A stretch of DNA of 63,506 bases, counting the filler, from Octopus bimaculoides (taxonomy: Eukaryota), in the NCBI RefSeq assembly GCF_001194135.2. It is 6 parts of 6 records of this genome, joined end to end, with 100 filler letters (N's around TTAATTAATTAA, not from the genome) between each part and the next. Parts side by side here need not be neighbours in the genome. Positions count along the whole stretch, not along the records: positions 24,361 to 44,600 come from NC_069002.1; positions 44,701 to 55,442 come from NC_069008.1; 4 more parts are not named here. One strand, 5' to 3'. Below the pieces are notes generated by a model. The model was not told where the DNA came from, ran no database searches, and worked only from the letters and a program-made list of their open reading frames with translations. Shown piece by piece: positions 38,969-52,774 of this stretch. The number at the start of each line of letters is the position of its first letter. Position 1 is the stretch's first letter. The position numbers were made by a program, and so were the translations under genes.

Positions 38969-39155
38969 CTTTAATATCTTTTGAGATTTATTTTGAGATT
39001 TTTCACTCAGAACAAGAGGTAGTTGTGAAGCTGTGACAATATCATCTGTTTCAGGTCTTTTGCTATGGGCAGAGTCAGCAATGGAGAGCTTTTGGAGGAA
39101 CTCATTGGCATCAACCATACCATTGTTTTGAGAGATACCATACTTGCGGAACAAA
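38969..39155 (-). CDS. EF-hand gene exon A (LFRKYGISQNNGMVDANEFLQKL...KILK), multi-EF-hand EFCAB6-like protein
   Basis: Acceptor tttttcAG and donor AG|GTAACT; 187 nt, phase 2 to 0; EF-loop-like G-x-V-D-x-x-E-F-L. Confidence 0.75.
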
Positions 39156-39886
39156 CTGAAAAATTTTTAATGTTAGCAACCAAAGTACTGTTGAAATAAC
39201 AAATTTAAACTTATCTACTCAGATGTATATTATAAGATTATATCACTGGTAACATGAATTCAATAGTGAGCTTTGCAAATGCACCACAACCATAAGTCAA
39301 TGGCAAACAAAAGGACTGTTTCTATGAGCTCTTATTGCAGTCTACCTTGATAAAAGTTGATATCAATATTCTTATAATGGCTGATAACTTTAATGGACAT
39401 GTTAGGCAACACTACAATGGCTATTTCCCATGCACATGGAGGATATGGCTATGGTAGAGAGAATGAAGAGAAATCAATGTTCTGATCCTGTGTGGGAGTG
39501 TTAATGTTTACTATACCAGTGCTGTATTAATTTATTATTGAATTTAATCTTGCAGATGCATTGTTATGGCATTCCAGCAAATAGTTCTTACATTATTTAT
39601 ATAGAGTCATAGAATGGCGATTTGATTCAAACCCAGTGCAGTTCAAATATGTGATGTTGATAAGCCACAAAAATGGGCAAAATTTCAGTATCCATCACTA
39701 CTGAATTCAATCAGAGGCTAGTTGTTTTGCCTGCCTATGATTTTCAGGTGTTTTAACACCTAGTGTGCTGAGAGAGTCATCCCCAAATGCTATATTGCAG
39801 CAAATCCAGTGATTAAACAAAACACATACAATGAGTATTTGCAATCAATGTTTACAACACTAATGCTGTTTTTAATTCATTATTAA

Positions 39887-39927
<41 letters not shown>

Positions 39928-40104
39928 TAATTTAGAGAAGAACCACCAATATACAATTCAAATAATGAAGTAGACCAATCACCATCAAGAAAAGCATACT
40001 CTACAAAATACTAATTTAAAATCTATAAAAGAACCCTCACCAACCATTCATCTATCCCTAGTTTCCACATTGACCACTAGATAAGGGAGAGGAGGACCCT
40101 GACT

Positions 40105-40680
40105 TAGGCTTTCTCCATGTTAACAAAAGCCAAGTACAGAGGTTTGTTTTTGGTTAGATACTTCTCCTGCAGCTGCCTTACCAGGAATATAGCATCAGTG
40201 GTACTTCTCTCTGACACAATATCAAACTGCATCTCGTCTAGACTAACTCTGTCATTAATTAATTGGGCTATGACCCTCTCCATAACTTTTGTCACTTGAT
40301 TCAACAATTTGATACCACTGTAATTATTTCTGTCTAAGGCGTCAACTTTACCTTTGTAACAGTTAACTATGGTGCTGTTACAGCAGTCGTTGAGTATGAC
40401 TCCCTTGTGCACAACCTGATTAGCTATATGGGTGACTAAGCCATAACCCATACAAGCACATATTTTAAACATCTCAATGGGGATTCCTGATGGAGAGGGG
40501 GCTTACTCTGTCTTCATATCCTTCATGGCTTTATCTACCAAGCTACTGACTATCGGACAGGTGGTCCCTCTGTTGGATCAACATTTGGTAGACTCTCCTT
40601 TTCCCATCACTTCTCTATATTTAGTAGCCTTTCATAGTGGGACTTCCAAGCCTCTTTCTTTGCAGAGTCACTAACTGCAA
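40105..40680 (-). mobile_element. RTE-clade LINE RT fragment
   Basis: YKGKVDALDRNNYSGIKLL...STTDAIFLVRQLQEKYLTKNKPLYLAFVNMEKA. Confidence 0.9.
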
Positions 40681-40689
40681 GTGAACCAT

Positions 40690-41590
40690 CATCCACGTGA
40701 ATACACTTTATACACACACACATTATCCAAAATGTACAGTATTATATATCCAGCACAGTTGATCTTACCAATTGGTTTTACACTAGGAATACAATGGGGT
40801 GTTAGGCAACAATCCGATTATATAACCCTATACTCATCAGAGCTAGCCAATATGGAAGGGAATATGACTGCTCTCTATTGTTGGAGGGGAATTGACACAT
40901 CTGGTTTGCAGTTGTTGTGGAAAAGATGGCACAACGAAAAAGGGCAGGGGATTAGGCTATGAGTTATGTTGGAATCGCTGTAAAGCTGGTAAGAGTTATC
41001 TTGAAGTGCTTGTGGGAAATGTGTGCATTATTAAGTGTGGTGCTTCTGTGGGGATATAATATGTGTAGTGGTGTCATGTGTATAATTTTATCTAGGAGTG
41101 TAGGTATATATATAATTGTGTTCATTAGTCTGTTTTCGTTTTGCATTGGTTAAGGTCATGGGGGGTTTATGTTAGTGTGCAGTGTGTAATGTGTGTGTGG
41201 GGGGATCTATATATATGTGGGGGTACAATGTGTGTGAAGTGGTATATTCTGGAGGGAGGGGGAACAGTCTATTTTGTGGGGTGTCCACCTTGTTGGAGAG
41301 TGCATGTATGTACAAGGGTGCATTGGTGTGTGCTCTGGTCAAACTCTTTGCCAGGCTTGAGGGTATAGGTGGACCTGTTGCTGAAATCATGGTGGGACGC
41401 AAAGGTGTGATAGGATGTACTTCTTTTCTTGTGAGCGAGGATTAAACACTTCATGCCTGCTATTCAGTTAAATATCCGGGCGCTGGGTACCCTTTAAAAT
41501 CGCTCTCTTCTCAGCCAGGCACGACCTGCTGCTATCAGAGTACAGTTTACATTTCTCTGGGATCTTCCACTTTATGTTGTACTCTCTGGC
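40690..41590 (-). mobile_element. Penelope-like 3' end (C-terminus of endonuclease) plus terminal repeat
   Basis: Minus strand EYNIKWKIPEKCKLYS...CLAEKRAIL...LNSRHEVFN...KKYILS resembles the Penelope C-terminus; CTGATGA remnant at 40834-40840. Confidence 0.6.
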
Positions 41591-41594
41591 ATTT

Positions 41595-42412
41595 TTCTTT
41601 CAAACACCAGAGGAGTTGGAAGTTTCTAAAAGTACAGCTCATGAACACCAAGTAAAGCTAGGATACATTTCTTGCTATAATGTATGGGTTCCTCACAAAC
41701 TCTCAGAAAAGAATTGCTTGGACCGGTATTCTGTTTGTGATATGCTTTTGAAACAGAATGAAAGCATGCCTTTTTTTAAATAACTTGTGACTGGAGATGA
41801 AAAATGGATTGTGTACGAAAACATAGTGTGAAAAATATCCTGTAGTATGTAAGAATCCCCCAAAACAGCAACCTAAGAAGAATATCTATGCCAAAAAAGC
41901 TATGCTTTGTGTTTGATGGGATCATAAAGGCTTTATTAATTATGAGCTTCTCCCACAAAACCAGACCATTCATTCTGATGTGTACTGTCATTAGCTGGCT
42001 AATTTCTAACAAAAAGAATTTAAAGAACTGAGGCTGGAGATTGCCAACAGGAAAGGGATAGTGTTCCAACAAAACAATACCCGATCACGTGTCTTTGGCT
42101 ACCCAAACAAAGTTACATATTCTCTGAATACTGTGCCATCCAACTACAACTTGTGTTTGTCTCTATAGAACTCATTGCAAGGAAAAACATTTAATGATTT
42201 AGATGGAGTCAAAATGCATCTAGATAACTTTTTTTTCTTGAAAACCAGTCAAATTTTATGCTGATGGGATATTTAAATAGTCTGAGAGAGGGGCAAATGT
42301 CATTAATAATAATGGAAATTATTTCATTGAATAAAATTTTGAAAGGTCAATTATTTATATCCCTTTTTTCATATTAAAAAAATGCTCAGAACTTTCCAGA
42401 CAACCTAATATA
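41595..42412 (+). mobile_element. mariner transposase fragment
   Basis: WVPHKLSEKN...LVTGDEKWIVY; ends AACTTTCCAGACAACCTAATA. Confidence 0.85.
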
Positions 42413-43149
42413 TAACTTAGAGACACTTTAAAGCAATAATGATAAGTTAGAAGAATTTAAAATACAACTGACTACTTTTTAATAACCACATGGTTCTTAC
42501 TACTTAGTAATTATTCACTACAACTATTAATAACCTTCACAAATTCAAATAATATAATCAACTTTGAAATCCATCAAAATACCCTGTGACTATAAAGTAT
42601 GTAGAATCAATCAAAAATAAGTATTCTGTAAGTAACCACACCCCACCAAGCCAAGATCATTTGCTAACTTCAACAAATGCTACTGCTACTGAATTTTCCC
42701 CAAACAAACAGTTGAGAAAGACATCTCATAGAAGAATGTCATAGTTTACTACTACTACTACTACTACTACTACCAAGCCTAATTCAAACTAATAGCAGAG
42801 GAAAATTCCTCTTTAAACAATGTCATACTTATATGCCCAGAAGAGATTGTACTAATAATGCATAAATCACTGCATATGAATACACAACAATATGCAGTTG
42901 GTGTGATTGACACATGTGGTGGACTATTATTATGAATATACTAATTGGAAATAAAAATAAAGTTTGAATGTTCAAATTCTTCATTTTCCTTATCAATACT
43001 ATACTTTATACTAAGTAGTCAAGAAATAAACTGGAACATCGGCTGGGAGTTAAAGAAAGATTACCAAAAAACGCACTATCAGAAGGAACCAGCCTTCACT
43101 TCTTACTCAGAGAAATTCGCTAGCTGCCTGGATGTTATATCCCTCCTCT

Positions 43150-43198
<49 letters not shown>

Positions 43199-44819
43199 CA
43201 ATGTGTCTGTGTGTACATTATAGAAACATGTATATAAATAGTAATGTTGAATAAGAAAAAACAAAGTAAAGAAATGATAGAGGATAAAGGAGATTTGTAT
43301 AGCAGTGCTACTGATAACCTCTTTAGTGTCAATGGCATGATAAAATGTACAGAGACTATGTTGGAATATTGTGAAACCTGTCTAAATCCTCCTAACTTGA
43401 AGGAAAATGGACTCAAAATTATGATGTTGGTATTTACATGTTACAAGCACACACACACACACATTTACATATTTTCATGTGTGCATGAGTATGGTGTGTG
43501 TGTAAACTCACATACACCATACACAGACACACGTGCACATATAAAATGTAGCTGGTTATAAACACAGTTAAGTCTAAATATTACATATTACAAATTACTA
43601 TAGACAGTTATTAAGTTATTGATAACTGATTGCATTTCAAAGCAATCACAATATATCCATTGATCAATTCCCTATTGGCAGGCACGCATTATTCTAAAAT
43701 ATATAATTAATTTGAACAGAGATAGAACTCAACGTCCAACTAAATGTTCCTTACTTTTATTCTAATGTCTAACAATCTGAACTTAAGTGCCCAGGTTCAG
43801 CAGTAAGTTACAAAGAAAATGTTTGATGTATCACAGCAGTCAGGTGCCCATACATTAACATAAACCATGTTGAAGAGTCCCTCTTGGTAGACAGTTAAGC
43901 TTGTATTTGAGAGATAACAAAGATTATTTAGTGTTAACCACTGCTGCTTAAAACATAAATGTATTCCAGACCAACAAACAAACATTAGACATATCTATAG
44001 GTGCAGGTGTAGATGAGTGGTTAAGAGGCTTGTTTCTCAACATGTGATTTCAGGTTCATTTCTAGAGCAGTGTACCTTGGATAAATTTCTTCCATTATAA
44101 CTCTAGGCCAAACAAACAGATTTGTTAGACAGAAAATGAAAGGTCATTGTGTGCGTGTGTGTGTATGTGTGTGTGTGTGTGTGCATACGTGCGCCTATGT
44201 GTGTGTGTACATATATATATTGATATAAATATATATATGTGCATGTGTATGTTTATATATGTGTAAAAAAAAAGGGTAAAGACCCCCTTCAGGCATGAAT
44301 GACCATGAGATTGCACCTACAAAGTTACTCTCTGAGGCACAAGTCTGGACAAGACCAGCAGTTGCCCATGCATACCTGCTTCCACTCTCCACGCCACCAG
44401 TGTTATCCAAGGGAAAGGCAAAGGTCAATACAGCTTGGCACTAGTGACATTGCAGCTCATTTCTACAGCTGAGTGAAATGGAGTAGCATGAAATAAAGTG
44501 TCTTGTTCAAGAACCCAACACACAGTCCAGTCCAGTCCAGGAATCGAACTCACTACCTCATTATTGTGAGCTCAATGCTCTAACTGCTGAGCCATGTGCC
44601 NNNNNNNNNNNNNNNNNNNNNNNNNNNNNNNNNNNNNNNNNNNNTTAATTAATTAANNNNNNNNNNNNNNNNNNNNNNNNNNNNNNNNNNNNNNNNNNNN
44701 TCGCTTGTGACACACATGGTAATTCTTGGGGAGGCATGATGGACTGACGGGCTCATGTGGGTTCGAAGATGCTGGTAATATGCATAATTGCCTGCATCTT
44801 CAGACCTGCAAACTAGAAT

Positions 44820-44879
44820 ATCATACTGATGACGGAAATGAAAGTTTTTACCATTCTAATCCAGAAACGCGTCTATGAT
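44820..44879 (+). ncRNA. Minimal type-I hammerhead ribozyme motif
   Basis: Stem I ATCATA/TATGAT (6/6), CTGATGA at 44826-44832, stem II GGA..AATG/CATT..TCC, GAAAC-GC-GTC with palindromic stem III ACGCGT, predicted cleavage after C44873. Confidence 0.75.
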
Positions 44880-46079
44880 TAACTAAGACCGGTTAGTTTC
44901 GTTGTTTCTTCTTCTTGTTTTGCCTTTGTGAGTTACAAGTACTACTATCTGTTGGAGTTTTAACACTTTAGCTGCTATTTCTGAACTTCGGTATGTGGTG
45001 AAGCAACTGTTGCTGATCCCTTAACTATGTTTATANNNNNNNNNNNNNNNNNNNNNNNNNNNNNNNNNNNNNNNNNNNNNNNNNNNNNNNNNNNNNNNNN
45101 NNNNNNNNNNNNNNNNNNNNNNNNNNNNNNNNNNNNNNNNNNNNNNNNNNNNNNNNNNNNNNNNNNNNNNNNNNNNNNNNNNNNNNNNNNNNNNNNNNNN
45201 NNNNNNNNNNNNNNNNNNNNNNNNNNNNNNNNNNNNNNNNNNNNNNNNNNNNNNNNNNNNNNNNNNNNNNNNNNNNNNNNNNNCTTATTTATATAAAAAC
45301 AGGTGTTTTGGGGGGTTTTGTTTATAACAAAACATTATTTTGTTTTTTTGTTTTTTTGGGGTGAGGCTTTGGAGACAATGGAAGATGTATAAGTAGATAG
45401 ATAGATAGACAGGCAGATAGAGAGATAGATAGATAGATAGACTGATAGTCAGACAGATAGAGAGATGGATGGGGTAAAAGAGAGAGAGAAGGGCCATTGT
45501 ATTGAAATGGTCTTTTTAAGGAGTGTCAATAAGAGAAAGAAAAAAAAAGTTAAAAGCTTGTTTACTACTTACTGTATTGTTTTGAAAGGATTTTTAGGGA
45601 TGGTAGAAGAAGAGAAGAAAAATAGAGAATAATGAATAGAAAATATAAAGAAAACAAAAAATGCCTTCCTGTTTTTTCCTTTTTGCTTTTAGTTCGTTCC
45701 TTTTATATTCTTTGTCCTTTCTTTTTATATACTTTGAGTCCTATTTAGAATATATTCCTGTCATACATTCATTTATTCTTTTTTTTTTTTTTGTAAGGTG
45801 TAGTTCTGCATGAGAGTATATTAGTATAATATTTGTAAATTTGAAAAATCGAATTAGTAAAGTCAATTAGTAAAAATAACTATATATATCATATTGCACA
45901 TATATACATATATATATATACATACAAAGCGTATTCCTTGTTTTTCTTTTTTCTCTTTCAAACATTTAACTTTGGGGAGAATTTTTTTATGAAGAGTAGT
46001 TCCATTGCCTTTCGGTATTGTGGATCGTCCCGTGTACATTTATAAAAGGGAAAGATTTTGAACTTTCCCTCTCCGCATA

Positions 46080-47030
46080 TTTCATGCTGCTGGAAACACC
46101 AGTGAATGTGAGTTGATTTAGCATGCATCCATTTATATTTATTCCTTTATCTGATCAATATAAGTTTTTTAAAACCTTTTCTGATACAGATGTGAATAAT
46201 TTGGGTGAGATGGTGTCTCCTTGTCTGACTCCTTTACCAATTTTGACATCAGTTAGCTTGTTGTTTATAGTTGTAGTAGTTCTACAGTTGATGTGCACGT
46301 TCTCTAGTAACTTCATATAGTCTCCTTGATTCCCTTTTCTTCTAGTGCTCTTAGTGTATTTCCACAGTATCAAAAGCATTTTCAAAATCTACAACTGTTA
46401 AGCACAATGATAAGTTGTAAGTTTGACATTTCCCCCTCATTTCGTTTATAAACATATGTGTGGTCTATTGTGCTGTAGTTTGTCCTGAAGTCTCCCTTTC
46501 CTGAAGCTTTCTCTCAATTCTGTTTTATATGATATTCGAGCAGATTTTGTAAATGTGTAATAGCAAACTGATTGGTCTATAGTTCTTTAGATTTTTGGCA
46601 TCCCCTTTTTTATAAAGGAGGATAAATTCGAAATTTTTCCACGTATCCAATATTTTATATTGATGTAGGCATTGAATATACTGAAATATGATAAACAATA
46701 AGGAAATATTTAGAAAAAACAAAAGATGATAGATATGGAGTTGATTAAGAAAACAATGGAAAACAACAAAAGTTTTAAAGACAAAGGACCAAGATACCTG
46801 GTGCCAAGCTGTACTCAAGAAGACGCCATACTCTTCAGGAGAAGTGTTAAGACCAATCCTTCTGGTTGTGTAAAGCATTCATGTTGTTGCCACGTAAAAT
46901 GATTATGGGACATAACACAATCATTAGCCTGAATGACAAAGATGGAAACAACTCACAAAAGATGACCAAGTATTAGAAAGAATAAAAGAATTATATGAAA
47001 ACCTATATAAATCAAACAAAGAAGTAGAAT
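46080..47030 (-). mobile_element. RTE-like LINE fragment with an inverted upstream segment
   Basis: Minus: LLYKKGDAKNLKNYRPISLL and KGVRQGDTISPKLF (46080-46680). Plus: linker-like IISLNDKDG...IKELYENLY (46690-47030). Confidence 0.75.
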
Positions 47031-47737
47031 TACCAATATTATACGATAGTGCATAACTAATAATGGACCACGTTAAATCATATTTAATATTCTTATCCTT
47101 TAAATTCCAAATGCATTTACTAAAATTAGTAGAATTACATTTTCTTCTGTATTTAAAGGAATTAGAATGATTATAAAATCTAGATTTCCAACTAGTAGCA
47201 GAAGAACCAATATACTATTACCTACGATGTCTAATTATTACTTTATACTGTTATACTTTATTCTTCTTTAAACACTGATTTCCTAAAGGGCATTGAGTTT
47301 TGTTTACACAATTACACATGAATTTTTCACTTGTAAATTGCCCTCAAAGTTATAAGAATTTCTACTAGCACCCGTTCGTAAAATAGGTGTCCAAATTGGA
47401 TTATAATTATTATTAAAATTAATATTAATACAAGGTAAAAGACTAACTATATTATCAGTGTTTTGGTCAATTATAGAATCTAAACCTTGTTCTAAATGAT
47501 TATCAATGACATTAATTTCGCTATACATATTATCGGTTCTACATTTATTTTGTGCTGCAATAATCTCAGCTAAATTTCAAGTGGTTGAATACGAAAATTT
47601 AACACTATATCTATTAAATAATTTTCCATATTTACTTGGACAAATCCATGTGTAATTGTGTAAACAAAACTCAATGCCCTTTATGAAATCAGTGTTTAAA
47701 GAAGAACATAGTATATCAGTGCAAAGTAATAACTAGA
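47030..47737 (-). mobile_element. Penelope-like retroelement fragment (GIY-YIG endonuclease) with inverted duplication of ~98 bp
   Basis: Minus strand KLFNRYSVKFSYS..., CNCVNKTQCPLGNQCL..., YIGSSATSWKSRFYNHSNSF...WNLKDKNIKYDLTWSII; 47641-47737 is the reverse complement of 47229-47326. Confidence 0.8.
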
Positions 47738-47946
47738 CTTTGTCTGTCTTTGTCTGTTTCCTATACTTTCTCAAACGGCTCGACCAAGTCAAATCAAATT
47801 TTACAAGGTATTAGACCCCATGAATGTAAACATGTAATTTTTATTTTCATTTGGATTAAAACAATATAACACTTTATCTAAAATAATCTTTCTACAGTCA
47901 ACTATAGTAAAGGACATTTCACACGACGATGACATCATATTTTGTA

Positions 47947-48010
47947 TATGAGTGTGTATGTGCCTATGAGTGTGTATGTGCCTATGAGTGTGTATGTGCC
48001 TATGAGTGTG
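47947..48010 (+). repeat. 18-bp tandem repeat TATGAGTGTGTATGTGCC x3.5
   Basis: Directly visible. Confidence 0.95.
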
Positions 48011-48258
48011 TGTGTTTGCACGTTCGTTATGTACATTAAGCCACAGAGAATTAAACATGCACACACATCTACACATACATATACATATGTGTATATAAAT
48101 GTGTATGTGTGTGTTTGCACGTTTGTTACGTACGTTAGGCCTCAGAGAATTAAACACACACACACATATACACATACATGTACATATGTGATGACTGACA
48201 AGTATGTGTATGTGAGAGTGTATGTATGCGTGAGTATACATACATTTTTGTGATGACT

Positions 48259-48309
<51 letters not shown>

Positions 48310-48964
48310 CTGAAGAAAGAGGGAGAGACACAGAGGGGGAGAGATAGGCCGTTATACAGAAAGATATGCAATTAAAGTGTTAGATATTAGAGAGAGAGAG
48401 AGTGTTGCCCTGAGGTGTGCGTGAATGTATGTCTATGTTTTCTTAATATATGTACGAGTGTATGTGAGAATGTATTTGTGTGCGTAAATGTATGTATAAT
48501 AATTTATATTTTCATTCAGATTAAAACAATATAATACATTATCTAAAACTGCTACAGACAACTAAGTAAACAACTCAACGACTATGTCACATTTTGTATA
48601 TGAATGTGTATGTTTCTGTGCGTGTGCTTGTGCGTTCGTTAGGTACGTTATTAAACACACACACACACATCTACACACACATCTACACATGCATATACAT
48701 ATGTAACAACTGACAAAAGAATTGAAGTGGAAAGCTACGTGTGTGTTTGTGACAGGCACACACATCTATGCATACATATACATATGTGACGACTGACAAA
48801 AAGAATGCGGTGAAAAGCCATGTATGTCTGTGTGTGTCTATCTTAGTATATGTATGTGAGAGTGTATATGTGTATGTGTGTGTGTGTGTGTTTATGTGCA
48901 TGCGAAAGTGTATGTATGTGAGTTTATGTTTGTGTGAGTGTATGTGTGTTGCCTGACATAAAAA

Positions 48965-50304
48965 ACAGCTGGAGGTGAAACTCTTGACAAAAAATATGAG
49001 TTTACTTCTTGCTACAATCCACCAGCAGAATCAAATTTCCTCAGCTGTTGCATCTTCTGGCATTGCCTCCTCAATGAGGAAGAACTGCTCATTCTATGTT
49101 GAAGCTCCCTCTAAACCTTGCAATAAAAGAATCTCAAATGTGCAACATTCCCAAAAGCTCTGCAATGGCAACAATTCTCCAACAAACTAACCTCATTGTT
49201 TGGGATGAGTGCACTTGACCATACCCTCCAAGACATAAAAAACAAAAGCACACTCATGGGAAGAGAAACAATTCTTCTTGCAGGAGATTTTTGTCAAATG
49301 TTGCCAGTTATCCCAAAAGGATCAAAAGCTGAGGAGGTCAATGCATGCTTCAAAAAATTGTACATTTGGAGACATGTGGAAAAACTTCACCTTACAAGCA
49401 ACATCAGAGTACTTGTATAAGGTCATCTTAAGACTGGTAATGGGTTATTAACATTTAACATAAGATTTCAGCTACATGAAATTACATGCAATCAAATGAT
49501 ACTTTCTCTTAGGGATCTTATGAATAAAGTATTTCCTAATTTATCTGTCAGTTATACTGATGTAAACTTGGTATGTGAAAGAGCTATACTAGCTCCAACT
49601 AATGAAATGGTTGATAAACTCAATCATGAACTTCTTCAAAAGTTAACAGATACATCAGAAATGACTTTTCGATCTATTGGCACAACAGTCAATCGCTTAA
49701 ACCCACTGGGATGCCACCACATAATTTGACACTAAAGCTGGGTGTTCCCATTATGTTGCTTAGGAATCTTGACTCACCTTGCCTGTGCAATGGCACTCAC
49801 ATAACTGTCACTTCCATGAAGCCCCATATCCTAGAGGCAACAATCATAACAGGTAGTCACAAAGGGGAAAATGTCTTTATTCCCAAAATTCCTGTTCATA
49901 CCTACAGATGTTCCATTTGAATTTAAGAGGCTTTAGTTTCCAGTGAAACTAAATTTTGCTATTTCAATTAACAAATCTCAGGTCAATCCCTCAATGTAGT
50001 TGGACTTAATCTCTACTACACAGCCAACTCTATGTTGCTTGCTCATGAGTTGGAAGCAGCAACAATTTATTCATTTGGATACCAACAAAAAATTACACGG
50101 TTTGAATATTGTTTACCCTAAGGTGCTTCAAGATTGACAGGTTTTATTATCATTATCTAAATTCTATTATCATTATAATTTGGATATTTTTTAATAAAAT
50201 ATATTTTGAAATAATTATGAGAAAAAATATATCTTCATATTCATTGTTTACTAATCTGAATAAGAATAGAAGTAACCCACTACAACACCGAGTAATTCAG
50301 CTAG
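48965..50304 (+). mobile_element. Helitron 3' part (PIF1-like helicase, frameshifted)
   Basis: LLAGDFCQMLPVIPKG, RAILAPTN, PPHNLTLKLGVPIMLLRNLD..CNGT, FPVKLNFAISINKSQ motifs; CTAG|T terminus at 50301-50305. Confidence 0.9.
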
Positions 50305-52774
50305 TTATTATATAAATAAGGTTAATGTCTATTAAAGAGTTTAATGTAATAAATATATAGGTATTTGGTTGTCTTATCTGTAATTTTTAATTTTTAATTA
50401 TCCAGTGAAGTAATTGGTGGGTGTATATGTTGTATAATAATTTTAAAGTTATTATATAATAAGGCCAATTCCTGTAGAAGGATTTATTTTATTAAATAGA
50501 TAGGTACTCTTTTACTCTTTTACTTGTTTCAGTCATTTGACTGCGGCCATACTGGAGCACCGCCTTTTAGTCAAGCAAATCGACCCCAGGACTTATTCTT
50601 TGGAAGCCTAGTACTTATTCTATCGGTCTCTTGTGCTGAACCGCTAAGTTATGGGGACGCAAACACACCACCATCGGTTGTCAAGCGATGCTGGGGGAAC
50701 AAACACAGACACAAACATATACACACATATACATACATATATATACATATATATCCATATATATACACATATGGGCTTCTTTCAGTTTCCGTCTACCAAA
50801 TCCACTCACAAGGCTTTGGTCGGCCCGAGGCAATAGTAGAAGACACTTGCCCAAGGTGCCATGCAGTGGGAATGAACTAAGCATTATGTAGAATTATTAT
50901 CTGTAGTTATTATTCTTTAGTTATCTATTAGGCATAACAGAATTCTTACCTACTGTTTTTGTTCAGTAGATGTCCAGTAATGTCATCAATATTTGTACAT
51001 AAATATACTCATTTTTTAGGTCATGTTTTAGGTTTTCTTTTTTTTTATTATTCTTTTAGATAATTTTTCTATGTAGATTTCAAATTGTCAAAAAATATAG
51101 AATTAGTATGGTATTTTTTATCTTTTATTCTTATAAACTAAATTAGTTATTCAGTGACATCGCTCTTGGTTGAATGAATGAATGTCTAAAGTTAAATTTG
51201 GTTTGGCATTTCTTTTTGTTAGTGTTTTTAAACAGCTAAAATTTTTTCCAGATATTCAGTTAAAATTTCACCAATTTGGATTACCATTATAAATAATGTT
51301 GTATAGACATAAATTTTCATACATATTATTATTAATTTTAATAATATTATGTATATNNNNNNNNNNNNNNNNNNNNNNNNNNNNNNNNNNNNNNNNNNNN
51401 NNNNNNNNNNNNNNNNNNNNNNNNNNNNNNNNNNNNNNNNNNNNNNNNNNNNNNNNNNNNNNNNNNNNNNNNNNNNNNNNNNNNNNNNNNNNNNNNNNNN
51501 NNNNNNNNNNNNNNNNNNNNNNNNNNNNNNNNNNNNNNNNNNNNNNNNNNNNNNNNNNNNNNNNNNNNNNNNNNNNNNNNNNNNNNNNNNNNNNNNNNNN
51601 NNNNNNNNNNNNNNNNNNNNNNNNNNNNNNNNNNNNNNNNNNNNNNNNNNNNNNNNNNNNNNNNNNNNNNNNNNNNNNNNNNNNNNNNNNNNNNNNNNNN
51701 NNNNNNNNNNNNNNNNNNNNNNNNNNNNNNNNNNNNNNNNNNNNNNNNNNNNNNNNNNNNNNNNNNATATATGGGTGTGTGTGTGTGCATATATGTATAT
51801 GTTAATACAATTGAAACAATTGTTTGATTTTTAAGGTCTCATCTAAAATAAAGATATGATTTTCTTTGTATATTACTATAGATTGTGATTAATACTCTGA
51901 ATTTCTTAAAATTCTATGAAAGGATTGTTGGATTTACGTGCTGTACATGAAGATTTACCTGAGATTTGTATTCTACTTAGATTTACTTGTTGGAAATTTA
52001 ACCTTATTCCTTTATACTGAGTGCTTACTTGATACCTGCCAGGATTTTTTAATCCCATTTCTTCTTTTATATATATATCATCGTTTAATGCCCACCTTCC
52101 ATACTGGCATGGGGTGAATGGTTTGTCAGGAGCTTGCCAGGTAGAAGACTATCCCAGGCTACTATCTTTGGAGACATGAACTGGCCTCTCCTCAGTATAT
52201 ATTGAATATCTGCATGTGTCACTGTTCTAATAGTCCACTCCTACACTTGAAGTTCTTTAGCAAAAACTTTTATTTATTTACTGAGATCGATATTGAGAAT
52301 GTTTTGAACCTTTTGGACGAATTGCAGTGTCCTTATCGTGACTGAACATTCAGAATGTTCTTTTTAACACTGATACAGTTGAAACATTCCCACTGGAGGC
52401 TTCAAAGTCCATTTGAACTTTGTATACAAATGACCGTGCAAAATTTAGGAATCTCTAAGTTATTGTGTTCTGTACAAATGGCAACAATGACTACATAACT
52501 TTTCATTTCTTGTGTTAACATTTTATCTGCTATCAGGGATTTGAAAGAAATAACAATCTTTTAATTGTTTGAGGTGAGTAGTATACTAAAAATGAAGTAT
52601 CCTCAAATGCCTTTTACACCCAGTAAATATGTATATAAATATGTATGTATGTATGTATGTATGTGTGTATGTATGTATGTATGTATGTAAGGTTGCTCTT
52701 GGGTGCTACTGGTAACATTTAACCCAGTACACACGATAAGGTATAGATATTGGTCATTACATATTTCAGTTTAT

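Noticed and set aside
40805-40848. Minus-strand CTGATGA-GTATA..TATA in a Penelope-like tail
   Set aside because: GAAA core missing; recorded only as a decayed remnant.
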